From a virus: a DNA stretch of 64,000 nt. The stretch is from IMG/VR virus record IMGVR_UViG_3300025828_000014. One strand, written 5' to 3'. Positions 1 to 9,971 of the stretch are shown piece after piece. The translations under genes and the position numbers were made by a program. The notes beneath the pieces are model-generated. The model saw nothing but the letters and a program-made list of their open reading frames with translations, had not been told where the DNA came from and ran no database searches. How positions within the stretch are numbered: position 1 is the stretch's first letter; each line of letters starts with the position of its first letter.

Positions 1-2
1 AA

Positions 3-1661
3 TCTACCGTTGAAGTAAGTTAATACAGATGAAATAGTTCTAGCATTAGAATTTAATGCAGCGTCATATCTAATAGCATCTACTAATAGCCTTGTATCTC
101 TTGCGCATTTTGCTTCGTTATAACTAAATCCTGCGTAGATACTTGGCGAGCCAGCTGCATTAGAAACTTGTAAGTTTACCCAATCAACTACATCTTGTGC
201 AATTTCATCTCTTTTATTATCAATTAATAGTTTTGCAAATTTATAACCAGGATCTCTAAAACGCAAAACAAATTCTTCAACTGGAGCATCTCGATTTATA
301 CCCGTAATAGTAATAGTTTGTTTACCTTCACTAGCACCAGTTGACACAACATGAGCACGGTCAAATTCAAATGCTTTAGGCGAATAGCCTGAACTTCGTA
401 GCGCATATAAACCAAAGTTTGTAGCAGAGTTGGTAATAGAACAATATCCGCCTGATTGTGTATAAACACCATTGAGTAGGAAAATTTGGAAACAAGACAC
501 GATCTGTGCATAAGCATCGTTAAGTAGTCGCCAACCTGTGCCTCCAAATGAAAGCATGGTATATGCGTTAGCAACCATTGATTTACCTTGTTCAGGTATA
601 GAACCAATGACTGGATTCTCAGCCTCAATATTGTAACGTGGAACGTTTGGAGATTCAACTAATGCACCGTCAATTTTAGCACCACTACCTCCTAAGAACG
701 AAATAATTGAACAGTTCTGTGTATATGGAGAAGTAACAATTGTTGGTTTTGTATTTGGCAAGTTTGTATATTCAGCACGGTCAGTTACATCAGTAGCATT
801 TGGATCGTCAAACACTGTAGCGTAATCCCATGTAATCAACGGAACTTGGTTATCATCAACCCCGTCTCTAAATGTAAATTCACCAAAGTAACATGCGTTA
901 CGAACACGTAGCATGTCCAAGTTAGCATTTGCAGGACGGATAATACAACCACGCAAACCGTCACCTTTGATAACAACGTTATCAGGAACAATAACTGGGT
1001 TATCTTCTGTGTAGTCACCAACAGCAACTTTAATGTTTACTCTAGTTCCGTTGACTAAGCCGCTAGGGTTATAAACTAATGCGGAAGCAAGTTTACATGC
1101 TCTTTTAACAGTTTTTACCGGAGCACTCTGTCCGTCATTAGCGTCATCACCTTGTTCAGCAGAAACGTAGATAACGTTACCACCAAATACGTCAGCATCA
1201 GCAAATTCTAGTTGTCCGTTACCATCTGTTTTAAGTATTTGTCCAACAGTTCCATTGACAAGAGGCAGAGTCAAATTATAACTATTAGGCAAGTTGTAAG
1301 GTGCTTGAATACTAATACCATCTTCACCAGATGCAATACTTTCACGCCAAGTAATTTTACCAAAATCTTCCATGTCAAGGTCGTCTTTGATATTGAAGCC
1401 TGCGTTAGTGACTGTCATTTTTTCGTCGCCGTTGACAGTCATGCTGATTTCAGCACTTGCACTATCTAACAAGTCATCTACTCTAACTTCAGTATTTCCT
1501 TCAAAAATTCTTTTTGTGATATCTTGGACAGTGTTATCATCTCTAAGTAGATAAACTTTACCGTCTGCTGTATTGATGGCTAATTCGCCGGATTCAAGTT
1601 GTGCTACACTAGGTTGATTACCAGCGACCGCACTTCGCTTGTGTCTAATTGTTGTTGCCAT
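3..1661 (-). CDS. Large fibre-like virion protein, runs off left edge; paralog of the 2620-aa protein with at least one phycobiliprotein-like CxRD repeat
   Basis: Absent from the ORF track because no stop is in the window. My translation from ATG at 1661 (SD AGGAGG at 1670-1675) gives MATTIRHKRSAVAGNQP..LESGELAINTADGKVY (fibre N-terminal motif), then YVSAEQGDDANDG..VKTVKRA..GDYTEDNP..GDGLR (beta-helix-like, shared with 1768..9630), then YNEAKCARDTRLLVDAIRYD. Confidence 0.85.
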   Translation of the reverse strand, partial: MATTIRHKRSAVAGNQPSVAQLESGELAINTADGKVYLLRDDNTVQDITKRIFEGNTEVRVDDLLDSASAEISMTVNGDEKMTVTNAGFNIKDDLDMEDFGKITWRESIASGEDGISIQAPYNLPNSYNLTLPLVNGTVGQILKTDGNGQLEFADADVFGGNVIYVSAEQGDDANDGQSAPVKTVKRACKLASALVYNPSGLVNGTRVNIKVAVGDYTEDNPVIVPDNVVIKGDGLRGCIIRPANANLDMLRVRNACYFGEFTFRDGVDDNQVPLITWDYATVFDDPNATDVTDRAEYTNLPNTKPTIVTSPYTQNCSIISFLGGSGAKIDGALVESPNVPRYNIEAENPVIGSIPEQGKSMVANAYTMLSFGGTGWRLLNDAYAQIVSCFQIFLLNGVYTQSGGYCSITNSATNFGLYALRSSGYSPKAFEFDRAHVVSTGASEGKQTITITGINRDAPVEEFVLRFRDPGYKFAKLLIDNKRDEIAQDVVDWVNLQVSNAAGSPSIYAGFSYNEAKCARDTRLLVDAIRYDAALNSNARTISSVLTYFNGR

Positions 1662-1735
1662 TATGGCTGCCTCCTATATAGGTAACGGGTCAGGTCCTAA
1701 GACGCCCAATTAAAAACGATAGAGATCGTTACTAC

Positions 1736-1741
1736 TATTTA
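1736..1741 (-). promoter_or_regulatory. Late promoter box TAAATA
   Basis: ATAAATA on the minus strand, ~75 nt upstream of the ATG at 1661; the same hexamer recurs upstream of most structural units; T4 gp55 consensus is TATAAATA. Confidence 0.6.
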
Positions 1742-1767
1742 TGAAGGAAAGTAAAGTAGTAGCTTAA

Positions 1768-4700
1768 TTAAAAGCTACCACCGTCAATTGTGTCAGTCCA
1801 AACTGGAGTTGCATCACTACCACTTGTTACAGTAAGAATTTGGAAACTGTTACTTGCGTCACTTGTTCCTGCTGCTGGAGTAACTTGAATTGGATTTTGT
1901 GCATTACCATACAAAATACCGTCTGTAGTAAATGTGCTTGCACCCGTGCCTCCGTATTGCACTTCAAGGTCGGTTACAAGTGTCAGTGTGCCTGCATCAA
2001 GATTTGTAACAATAATTCTATTGTTAACAGCATCAAGCATTTCTGTGCTATCGTCTGCAAAAATACTACCTCTAAATCCTGCTGCGTCAAGTATACCAGT
2101 TACAAACAAGTCTTGATCGATTTGAACATTAGTTGTAAACGTGCTTGTTGTTTCACTTAGTCTAAGTTTTTCAACACTTGCACCTGCAATTCTTGTTGTA
2201 AACACCATGTCAAAATCTTCGTCACCAGTGGTAACATCAGTGCTTATAACATCTATTCTACCAGCAGTAACATAGTTGTTATTTGTAATTTCTTGTTCAA
2301 ATGGTAGTCCTATGCCTGCGCCAACTGCTGCACCGCCTGTTTGGTTATGGTGAGCAAGTATAATTGGATCAACTATGTTATCCGCAGCACTATCTGATTC
2401 GTTGCTAATAATTTTAAAGCTATCAGTTGTTCTAATAGTGTTAGCTGGAATAAAGATTTCATCTGTGGCTTTTTCAGTAAGTTGTAATACATCATTTTCG
2501 TTACCACTGATATAACCTCTAACATGTAAGTTTCTTGCTATTCCTACACCGCCTGCTACTGTCACTGCACCAACATTGTATGCTGTGCTTTCAGTGGTGT
2601 TATCAAATTCTGTTAGAATTGAATCTTTAATACTTAATGTTGTTGGATCAAGTGTAATTCTCTCAACACCGTTTGTAAAGAATTCAAGTGTATCTTCGTC
2701 TGCGCCGGGTGAAGTTTCTGGACGAATAAATGTATCTTGATCTACATCTTTAACACCGCCTAATGTTCCCCAGTTAGCACCGTCATAACCTTCAAATGTC
2801 TCGTCTGTGGTATTGAAACGTATTTGTCCAATTGCTGCTGTTGAGTCGGCTCCACGTTGTGCTGTTGTTCCTACTGGAATCTGTAGTGTGCCAACACTGT
2901 TGAATATTACAATTTCACTGTTTACTTGGAATACACTGTCTGTTGACACAGCACCCATTGTAATAGTAGTTGCATCTCCAAATGCATTTACAGTTTGAAC
3001 ATTTGCATTCAGCAAGTTAAACGTATCAATTCGGTTTGTTGTAATATCACCACCGTCAACATTTAGATCTAAATCAATATCAACATTGTGTTTGATATTT
3101 GTAGTTCCGATACCAACTGCACCAATTGTTAAGTTTGTAGTGCCGCCGGCAAAGTTTAATATGTTAGCATTGTCATTTAACAAATTAAACGTAGTGCTTG
3201 TAGTTGTAATATCGCCGCCGTCTACTGCAAGATCAGCATCAATTTCTACATTGCCTAATACAGTTCCACCTGTGAGTTTGTTGAGATATCTATTTTCAAC
3301 ATAGTTTACAACTGCAACTTGTGTTGGAACAGTGTTAATGTCGCTTGCACCTGTGCTTGCTCTCAAATCTGAACTGTTGCTAACTTCTTTAAGTTCAACA
3401 CCAACTGGAATACCAAAACGTTTAAATGGTCCAATACTTGCAATACCACTTAAACTAATTTCCTCTGCATTAAGTGTAATAGCACCAGTAAGTGCGTTTA
3501 CGTTAAAGAAGTTACCAACTCTAAAGTTACCAATTTGGTCAACTGTTCCGCCTGCAAATACTTTACCGTTGTCTGTTTCTGTAATTTCGTTTTCTGCTAT
3601 AGCACTACCGCCAAAGAACGGAAGTGCGTTATAAGTAACGCCAGCACCTACATATTCAAAAGCATGTCCTGATGTTGAAACAGTTGAAACGTTTTGCATA
3701 CTACCAAGTGTGTTTTCTGCAACATATGTGATTTGTGGAAATACATCAAGTTCTGCTACACCACCATATGTTAAGTTTAATAACCTTATTGCTTCATCTT
3801 CAATTGCTTGTGCGTCTGCTAATACTAATTCACGCTTTGCGTTTGCACTAGTTTCTGCATTTGCTGCATAATCATGGTCAATTTCATTTGGTAAAACTGG
3901 ATATATGCCTTGAGATATAACTTCGGCTATCTTAGTAACATTGTTTTCAATTGACAGTGTTGCACTTGATGTTCCACCTGTTGGATTATAGGTTTGTGTC
4001 AAACTATTGTCGTCACTTGCTACAACTTTTTGGTTTTGGCCAATCTTGCTCATTATGCTTGCAAGATGTTTGTAAGCAAATTCTGTAACTCCTTCTTGGT
4101 CAGCGTTACTACCTGCTGTAGTAATACCTGCAAGAATTGTTCCTGTATAGTATGCTTCTCCTGCTCTGCGAGTTTGTTTGTTACCACCATACATCATATC
4201 GTAAAGTGCAGCATCAATTATGTATTTTGTATCTCTTTCACACTTTGCAACATTGTAGCTAAATCCAATAATGTTATCTCTAATAAAGTCAATCACGCCT
4301 TGTTGTATTGTTGTATTTGCAGTTGAAAGTGCATCAAGTGCAATATTTGTTGACACTGTTACCCAACTTGTGTCAGGTTCTTGATCGTTTGGTGTGCTCA
4401 ACAAGTTGCCTGCTGTAATAGCATCGATTGTAATGTTGAACAAGTTGTTAGAAGTTGTAGCTTCAGCACTTGTTCCATATGGTCCAACCAAAGACTGTGT
4501 TTCAGTGTTTCCTGCAGTTGGTGTTACTGTTATACCTTGAATTACTTGAGCAGCAACAGTTTTAACTCTTGTAATAGCATCAGCTGTTTCGTTTTCTTGT
4601 CCGTATACTTGACTATCTCCGTTAAGGAAATAGCTTCTTGCAGTTGCCAACGAACTTACATTTCCTGTATACAATAGATCGTGTGTTGTTGATTCAACAA

Positions 4701-7700
4701 GATATCCAATATCTCTGCGACATTTAGCTTGATCATAACTAAATCCATTTTGATTTGTATTGATATAATCAATTACACCTTGGACTAAATCAGCACTAGA
4801 GCTGTCGCCAGTTGATTGTATTAAATCTCTGCTTGCAATTCTTGTGGAAGACGCACCTGTTTCGTCAACAGCAGTTTCAGTTGGCAATATTTCAAGTGTG
4901 TTTGCCCTAACTACATCCTCTACAATAGTAGAAAGCACGTTGACTTGTGTAGCTTCGGTAGCACTTGCATTACCAGCACTTGTATTTTGTCCTGGATAAG
5001 TTCCAACAACAATCTGTTGTAAAATTACCCCTAGCTGATTAAGTGCGTCTGCTGTGCCATCTCTTTGATCATATGGTAACACACTTGCACTGCCTTCAAA
5101 GTAAGATCTTGCATTTTGAATACTTGCAAGGTTAGTGTTATACATAATATCATGACTTACTGCATCAACAATATATCCTGTGTCTCTTTCACATTTTGTT
5201 TGATCGTAAGTTAAATTTGGAAGATTTGTAGTAATCCAACTTATTAATTCACTTATAATAAATGTTCTATTATTTTGTAGTTGCAGTTGTGCATTATTTC
5301 TGTTTGCATTTCCAGAAGGATTAGGAAAACTCAATGCGTCTGCATTGCCTGTGCCGTTTTGTATAATGTCAATTATTTCATCAAATAATGCATTACAAAT
5401 TGCAACACTTGCACTATCTGATGCAATTAAATTAGCAACTTCGCCTTTTAAATGTGTAATTGCTGCAATTGTTTGTGTTATTTGATCGCTAATAACATAT
5501 GCGCTCACTGCTCTGTAGTAAGACAATCCTGCTGTGATACTGTTATAATTTGACCCTGTAATTAAATCATTGCAAACTGCATCTAGAATTAATTGTGTAT
5601 CTCTAGCACACTTTGCACTGTCGTATACAAAGTATTGATTGTTAATGTATGCAATTGCTTCTTCTTGCAAGAATGCTTTGTTTTCTTGTAGCTGTCTAGC
5701 TGCATCAATAAGTTCTTGACTTGCTGGCACTGGTGCTGGATATGTTTGTCCTTCACTTGGCAGTGTTTGGTATTCGAGTAGTGTTAATACAGTATCAAAA
5801 CCGTCTGTTACTCTAGTTGTAGCAGTTGTGTCAGTAGTTGTATATGTGAGTGCTAAACGTTTTGCTTCTCTAATTGCAAGTATAGTTGCAGGCAATTGGT
5901 CATCTTTCACTGTAGATGCATTTGCTCTAATGTATGCTTGTCCTGCTACAATAGCATTATGGTTTGTGTTTAATCTTGCATCTCTTACTACCGCATCAAT
6001 AATTAAACCTGTGTCACGTTTACATTTTTCTCTATCGTATGTAAAGTTTGGATAATTTGCAAGGATCCAAGTTGTTGATGCAGCGGCAAAGTTATCTTGT
6101 TGACCAAATATAGAACCAAATGCTGTTTGCAAGCTGGCGTCTGCCCAGTCAGTGACTGCTCTATTTGTAGCAGGTAAACTGTCAAGATTACCCGCAGTCA
6201 AAACATCGATAATGATTTGTATTAAACTAGTTGCGCTGCCTACTTCTGTTGCACTTGCAGGGTCACCTGCTGTGTTTTGTATTTCGTTGTTTCCAGGACT
6301 TTTTGTTAATGCTGATTCTAAAAGAATGCCTGTTACAACACCTTGCAAATGTGTATATGCTTGTATTGTAGCAGTTGTTTCATCTGTGCTTCCTAATTGG
6401 CTTGAAGTTCCTACAAAATAACTGGTTGCAGTTTGTCTTGTAGCACTATTGCCTTCATATAAAATGTCGTATATTAAAGCATCAACAATGTATCCAACGT
6501 CTCTTTCACATTTGTCAGCATCATATGTTAATGTTGGATTTTGTTGATTTACATAAGCTCTTACTTCTTTTTTAATAAAAGTTCTGTTTGCAATAAGCTG
6601 ATTTCTTGCGTTTATTCTGTTTGTAATTACACCAGTTGGTAATGGATATGTAATTGCATCAGCATTAGTGATATTACCAATTGTAATTTCTTTAATTACA
6701 GTATCTTGAATAGTTGTTTTTGCATTTTTCCAACTATTAACATCAGTTTGAATACCTGCTGCTGCCCATGTGTATGTTGGTTCAACAAGTGCTGGCATGC
6801 CGCTAACACTATTTGCTGTAATTACATCAGCAATAATTTTTACTAAACCTTCTGCATCATCTACTTCATCTGAACTTCCTAAATTTCCTGTAGTAGTTTG
6901 TCCAGGATAGTTTTCAATAACAATTTGACTTACAATATTACTTGCTAAGTTGTTATATGCAGCCGCAGTAATTGCTCTTTGACTTTCTGGTAGCTGGCTT
7001 GTTGTGCCTTCAAAATATGCATCTGCTGCTCTGCGGGTTGCAAAGTTGCCTCCGTATTGAATGTCAAAACTTATTGCATCTACAATGTATTTTGTATCTC
7101 TTGTGCATTTTAATGTATCATAAACAAAAGTAGGATAATTAGCTGAAATCCACGCATTTACTTCGCTTGCAATAAAATCTCTGTTTGCTTGTAATAGAAT
7201 TCTTGAATTTGTTGCGCTACCGTTTGTTCCTGGATCTGTCCAAGTAATAGTGTCTGCTGAAACATCTGTGCTGACTTGACCATTCTCTAAAATATCTAAA
7301 ATTTCATCAAACGCTGCATCTGATCTTGCTTCAGCAGTCGCATTTGACATGTAAGTGCCAGTTGCAAGTGTTTTCATATATTGATAAGATGCTTTTGTCT
7401 GTTCAAACTGAGCACTCAAAACGTATGCACTATTTGCACGTTGATATGATAATCCTGTAGTAACAGCATTGTAATTTGTTCCAAGTGCTACATCAAATGC
7501 AACACTATCAACAATATAACCAACATCTCTTCTACAAGTAGCAGAGTTATAAGCTCTACCTGTAATAATGTCAATAACTTCGTCCCATGCTGCTGTGACT
7601 CGTGTTGTTGCTGTTGAATCAGCAGATACATCAGATAATGCTAATGTTAATCCTTTAAGGTAGTTGTAAGCAGCTACCGTTACAGTAGTTTGAGATCCTG

Positions 7701-9630
7701 TAGTTGAAGAAGTAGTGTTATAAACATCAGCACTTGCTCTTGCATATGCAAGTCCTGCTGTAACACTATTATAGTTTGTTCCGAGAACAGTGTCGTATGC
7801 AACTGCTTCGGTTATAAGTCTTACATCTCTTTCGCATTTTTCTTGATCGTATGACAAGTTTGTAAATTGTTCTGCAATGTATTTTATTGTTTCTTCTACA
7901 ATAAAATCTTTGTTTGCAATAATAGCATCTTTTGCAGCAACAGCACCTGGGCTACTTGCATTTGTATCATCGTATACAATATCAGGTGCAGCACTACTGT
8001 CTTCGTTTGCAATAAAGTTTGTAATGATTGCAGTTTTTTCAATTACATCGTATCTATACTGTTCATTTGCAGGATCACTGTCAGGAATACGTGCAAGTAT
8101 TTCGTCTCTAGTTGCTTCAATTCCGTATATAGTAGGCGCCAACTGTTGGTTAAGAACTTTTGCACTATTTGCTCTAAGATAGCTTCTACCTGCTGCGATA
8201 CTTTGATAATTAGTTCCTAGTGCAACATCACCCATAATTGCATCAATTATTCTTGCAACATCTCTTCTACAAACAGTTTCGTCATATATAAACGGCTGTT
8301 GTGTGATATTGTTGCCAGTTACATAATATACTGTTGAGTCGCCTTCAAACTTTATAATACTACCGGTTTGTGGAATATCACGCAAACTGTTCACTTCTAT
8401 AGTTTGGTTTTTAATAAGGTTAGCTGTTGCAGTTGCTAGTGAACTAAATCCGCCACCCACGAGTGTGATAGTTGGCACACTTCTATATCCGCTACCAGGA
8501 TCGTCAACTGTAATACTTGTTACTTCTCCTCGCAACAAATCAACACTTGCTGTGCCTTGTGCAGTAGTTCCTCCTGGTTCTTCGGGTGGATCAAATACTA
8601 CTGTAGGTGTTCCTGTGTATCCAGCACCTGTGCTGTTTACAGTTACACTACCTACATTTGATGTATATGTTTGTGATGGTCTTGCAGTTGTATATACTTT
8701 GTCAAACAATCCATCAGCAATAATACCATATGTGCCAAAGTCGCTAACTGAGTTTGAAATTGATAAGTAGCCACCTTTTGTAGCCATAAATCCAATACGG
8801 GTGAAAACTGTAAAGCAGCTAACAATCTGTGTATAGCCAAAGTTTGTAATATGGAAACCAATACCACCTTGAGCAATTTGCGTAAAGGCATCAGCAACGA
8901 AACTGAACACCAAAGAACGTTGATCATAATCATTACCATCAACCAACATACCATTGCCGCCGCCGTTAGTATTAACACGTTTTGCAAGTGGAACATTTGG
9001 ATCGTTTTCTATTGGTCTTGCTCCTGCTGGAACACCTTCGATTTGTTCTGTAACAAAAGGAGTAAACTCTGTTCCATCGTTTAACCAAGGACCGTTCATG
9101 TTTGTGCAGTTTTGAACATATGGAGATACAGTTACTAATGCACCTTCTCTAATTCTTGCACACCAACCTGGATCTCTCAAACCACGAAATGTTACTTGGA
9201 ATATATAACAAGCATTATCCATTAAGAAAATATCTTTAGTAGGATTGTTTGGATAAATTTGACAGTTACGTAAACTATCACCTCTAACAGTCATACGCTC
9301 TTTTAACGTAATTGGATTGTCTTCGTAAAAATCGCCTGGTGCAAGTTGAATAGTTGCACCTGCTGGTGCTGCTTCAACTGCTGACTTAATTGTTCTTTTG
9401 GCTCTTGATGCGCCTGCACCTTTACCATCGTTGTCATCGCTACCTTCTAAAGAAACATAGTATATAAGATCGTTAGTTGGACCTGAGCTTGATCCAGTAA
9501 CTTTCAAGTCACCTGCAACTTTCACTGTTCCTGTGGACGGTGTAAGTTCAATCGTGCCGTCATTGTTAATGATCAACTCGTTGTTGTCAATTTTTCTCTG
9601 ATATATACTCTGTTTCTTTACGTATTCCAT
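1768..9630 (-). CDS. Giant virion fibre-like protein (2620 aa): N-terminal beta-helix-like domain, ten phycobiliprotein-like helical repeats, C-terminal fibre segments
   Basis: ORF track. YYVSLEGSDDNDG..KRTIKSA..APGDFYEDNP..RGDSLR N-domain; 10 copies of Y(D/N)xxxCxRD..(I/L)(V/I)DA...D....N; C-terminal GQIRFNTTDETFEGYDGANW and IDGGSF motifs typical of phage fibres. Confidence 0.8.
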   Translation of the reverse strand: MEYVKKQSIYQRKIDNNELIINNDGTIELTPSTGTVKVAGDLKVTGSSSGPTNDLIYYVSLEGSDDNDGKGAGASRAKRTIKSAVEAAPAGATIQLAPGDFYEDNPITLKERMTVRGDSLRNCQIYPNNPTKDIFLMDNACYIFQVTFRGLRDPGWCARIREGALVTVSPYVQNCTNMNGPWLNDGTEFTPFVTEQIEGVPAGARPIENDPNVPLAKRVNTNGGGNGMLVDGNDYDQRSLVFSFVADAFTQIAQGGIGFHITNFGYTQIVSCFTVFTRIGFMATKGGYLSISNSVSDFGTYGIIADGLFDKVYTTARPSQTYTSNVGSVTVNSTGAGYTGTPTVVFDPPEEPGGTTAQGTASVDLLRGEVTSITVDDPGSGYRSVPTITLVGGGFSSLATATANLIKNQTIEVNSLRDIPQTGSIIKFEGDSTVYYVTGNNITQQPFIYDETVCRRDVARIIDAIMGDVALGTNYQSIAAGRSYLRANSAKVLNQQLAPTIYGIEATRDEILARIPDSDPANEQYRYDVIEKTAIITNFIANEDSSAAPDIVYDDTNASSPGAVAAKDAIIANKDFIVEETIKYIAEQFTNLSYDQEKCERDVRLITEAVAYDTVLGTNYNSVTAGLAYARASADVYNTTSSTTGSQTTVTVAAYNYLKGLTLALSDVSADSTATTRVTAAWDEVIDIITGRAYNSATCRRDVGYIVDSVAFDVALGTNYNAVTTGLSYQRANSAYVLSAQFEQTKASYQYMKTLATGTYMSNATAEARSDAAFDEILDILENGQVSTDVSADTITWTDPGTNGSATNSRILLQANRDFIASEVNAWISANYPTFVYDTLKCTRDTKYIVDAISFDIQYGGNFATRRAADAYFEGTTSQLPESQRAITAAAYNNLASNIVSQIVIENYPGQTTTGNLGSSDEVDDAEGLVKIIADVITANSVSGMPALVEPTYTWAAAGIQTDVNSWKNAKTTIQDTVIKEITIGNITNADAITYPLPTGVITNRINARNQLIANRTFIKKEVRAYVNQQNPTLTYDADKCERDVGYIVDALIYDILYEGNSATRQTATSYFVGTSSQLGSTDETTATIQAYTHLQGVVTGILLESALTKSPGNNEIQNTAGDPASATEVGSATSLIQIIIDVLTAGNLDSLPATNRAVTDWADASLQTAFGSIFGQQDNFAAASTTWILANYPNFTYDREKCKRDTGLIIDAVVRDARLNTNHNAIVAGQAYIRANASTVKDDQLPATILAIREAKRLALTYTTTDTTATTRVTDGFDTVLTLLEYQTLPSEGQTYPAPVPASQELIDAARQLQENKAFLQEEAIAYINNQYFVYDSAKCARDTQLILDAVCNDLITGSNYNSITAGLSYYRAVSAYVISDQITQTIAAITHLKGEVANLIASDSASVAICNALFDEIIDIIQNGTGNADALSFPNPSGNANRNNAQLQLQNNRTFIISELISWITTNLPNLTYDQTKCERDTGYIVDAVSHDIMYNTNLASIQNARSYFEGSASVLPYDQRDGTADALNQLGVILQQIVVGTYPGQNTSAGNASATEATQVNVLSTIVEDVVRANTLEILPTETAVDETGASSTRIASRDLIQSTGDSSSADLVQGVIDYINTNQNGFSYDQAKCRRDIGYLVESTTHDLLYTGNVSSLATARSYFLNGDSQVYGQENETADAITRVKTVAAQVIQGITVTPTAGNTETQSLVGPYGTSAEATTSNNLFNITIDAITAGNLLSTPNDQEPDTSWVTVSTNIALDALSTANTTIQQGVIDFIRDNIIGFSYNVAKCERDTKYIIDAALYDMMYGGNKQTRRAGEAYYTGTILAGITTAGSNADQEGVTEFAYKHLASIMSKIGQNQKVVASDDNSLTQTYNPTGGTSSATLSIENNVTKIAEVISQGIYPVLPNEIDHDYAANAETSANAKRELVLADAQAIEDEAIRLLNLTYGGVAELDVFPQITYVAENTLGSMQNVSTVSTSGHAFEYVGAGVTYNALPFFGGSAIAENEITETDNGKVFAGGTVDQIGNFRVGNFFNVNALTGAITLNAEEISLSGIASIGPFKRFGIPVGVELKEVSNSSDLRASTGASDINTVPTQVAVVNYVENRYLNKLTGGTVLGNVEIDADLAVDGGDITTTSTTFNLLNDNANILNFAGGTTNLTIGAVGIGTTNIKHNVDIDLDLNVDGGDITTNRIDTFNLLNANVQTVNAFGDATTITMGAVSTDSVFQVNSEIVIFNSVGTLQIPVGTTAQRGADSTAAIGQIRFNTTDETFEGYDGANWGTLGGVKDVDQDTFIRPETSPGADEDTLEFFTNGVERITLDPTTLSIKDSILTEFDNTTESTAYNVGAVTVAGGVGIARNLHVRGYISGNENDVLQLTEKATDEIFIPANTIRTTDSFKIISNESDSAADNIVDPIILAHHNQTGGAAVGAGIGLPFEQEITNNNYVTAGRIDVISTDVTTGDEDFDMVFTTRIAGASVEKLRLSETTSTFTTNVQIDQDLFVTGILDAAGFRGSIFADDSTEMLDAVNNRIIVTNLDAGTLTLVTDLEVQYGGTGASTFTTDGILYGNAQNPIQVTPAAGTSDASNSFQILTVTSGSDATPVWTDTIDGGSF
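4100..8290 (-). repeat. Ten tandem protein-level repeats (~100-200 aa spacing), each with invariant C-x-R-D
   Basis: Cys codons at 8269-71, 7834-36, 7534-36, 7105-07, 6508-10, 6022-24, 5608-10, 5191-93, 4720-22 and 4240-42. Confidence 0.95.
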
Positions 9631-9960
9631 TTATACTTCCAAATAACTTATAGTTGCGCTCAATCTATTTGAGTCAGGGCTATTCAAGACTACAGAGTCT
9701 CCTTCCTCTAAAATTAGACGTTCAGTGTTAAACGAAAATGTTTCCTGAGCTGGCATATCAATTGTATTCAATACTTTGTTAGCGTTGCTTTTTGAACTAC
9801 CACTTGGTATCACATGCATGTTAAAACTACTATTAAAACTTACATCACTTGTTGTAGCGTAGTTGCACACTACTATTGTTGTAATTGCATATTTTTTGCC
9901 AGCAGGGACTAACAGTATCGTTGTGTCTGTTGCTAATATTAGGTTACTGTTAATTGCCAT
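9631..9960 (-). CDS. Small beta-rich virion structural protein
   Basis: ORF abutting the giant fibre gene; SD AAGGA upstream; context only. Confidence 0.6.
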   Translation of the reverse strand: MAINSNLILATDTTILLVPAGKKYAITTIVVCNYATTSDVSFNSSFNMHVIPSGSSKSNANKVLNTIDMPAQETFSFNTERLILEEGDSVVLNSPDSNRLSATISYLEV

Positions 9961-9971
9961 TTGCTTTTCCT

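Noticed and set aside
1500-1661. Mtd-like fibre N-terminus suggesting a diversity-generating retroelement
   Set aside because: No reverse transcriptase and no TR/VR pair seen in the window; this N-terminal motif is common in phage fibres.
296-9084. Many short alternative-frame and antisense ORFs within the giant fibre genes (and likewise within other long genes)
   Set aside because: Expected by-products of codon bias in long ORFs; no motifs or translation signals.
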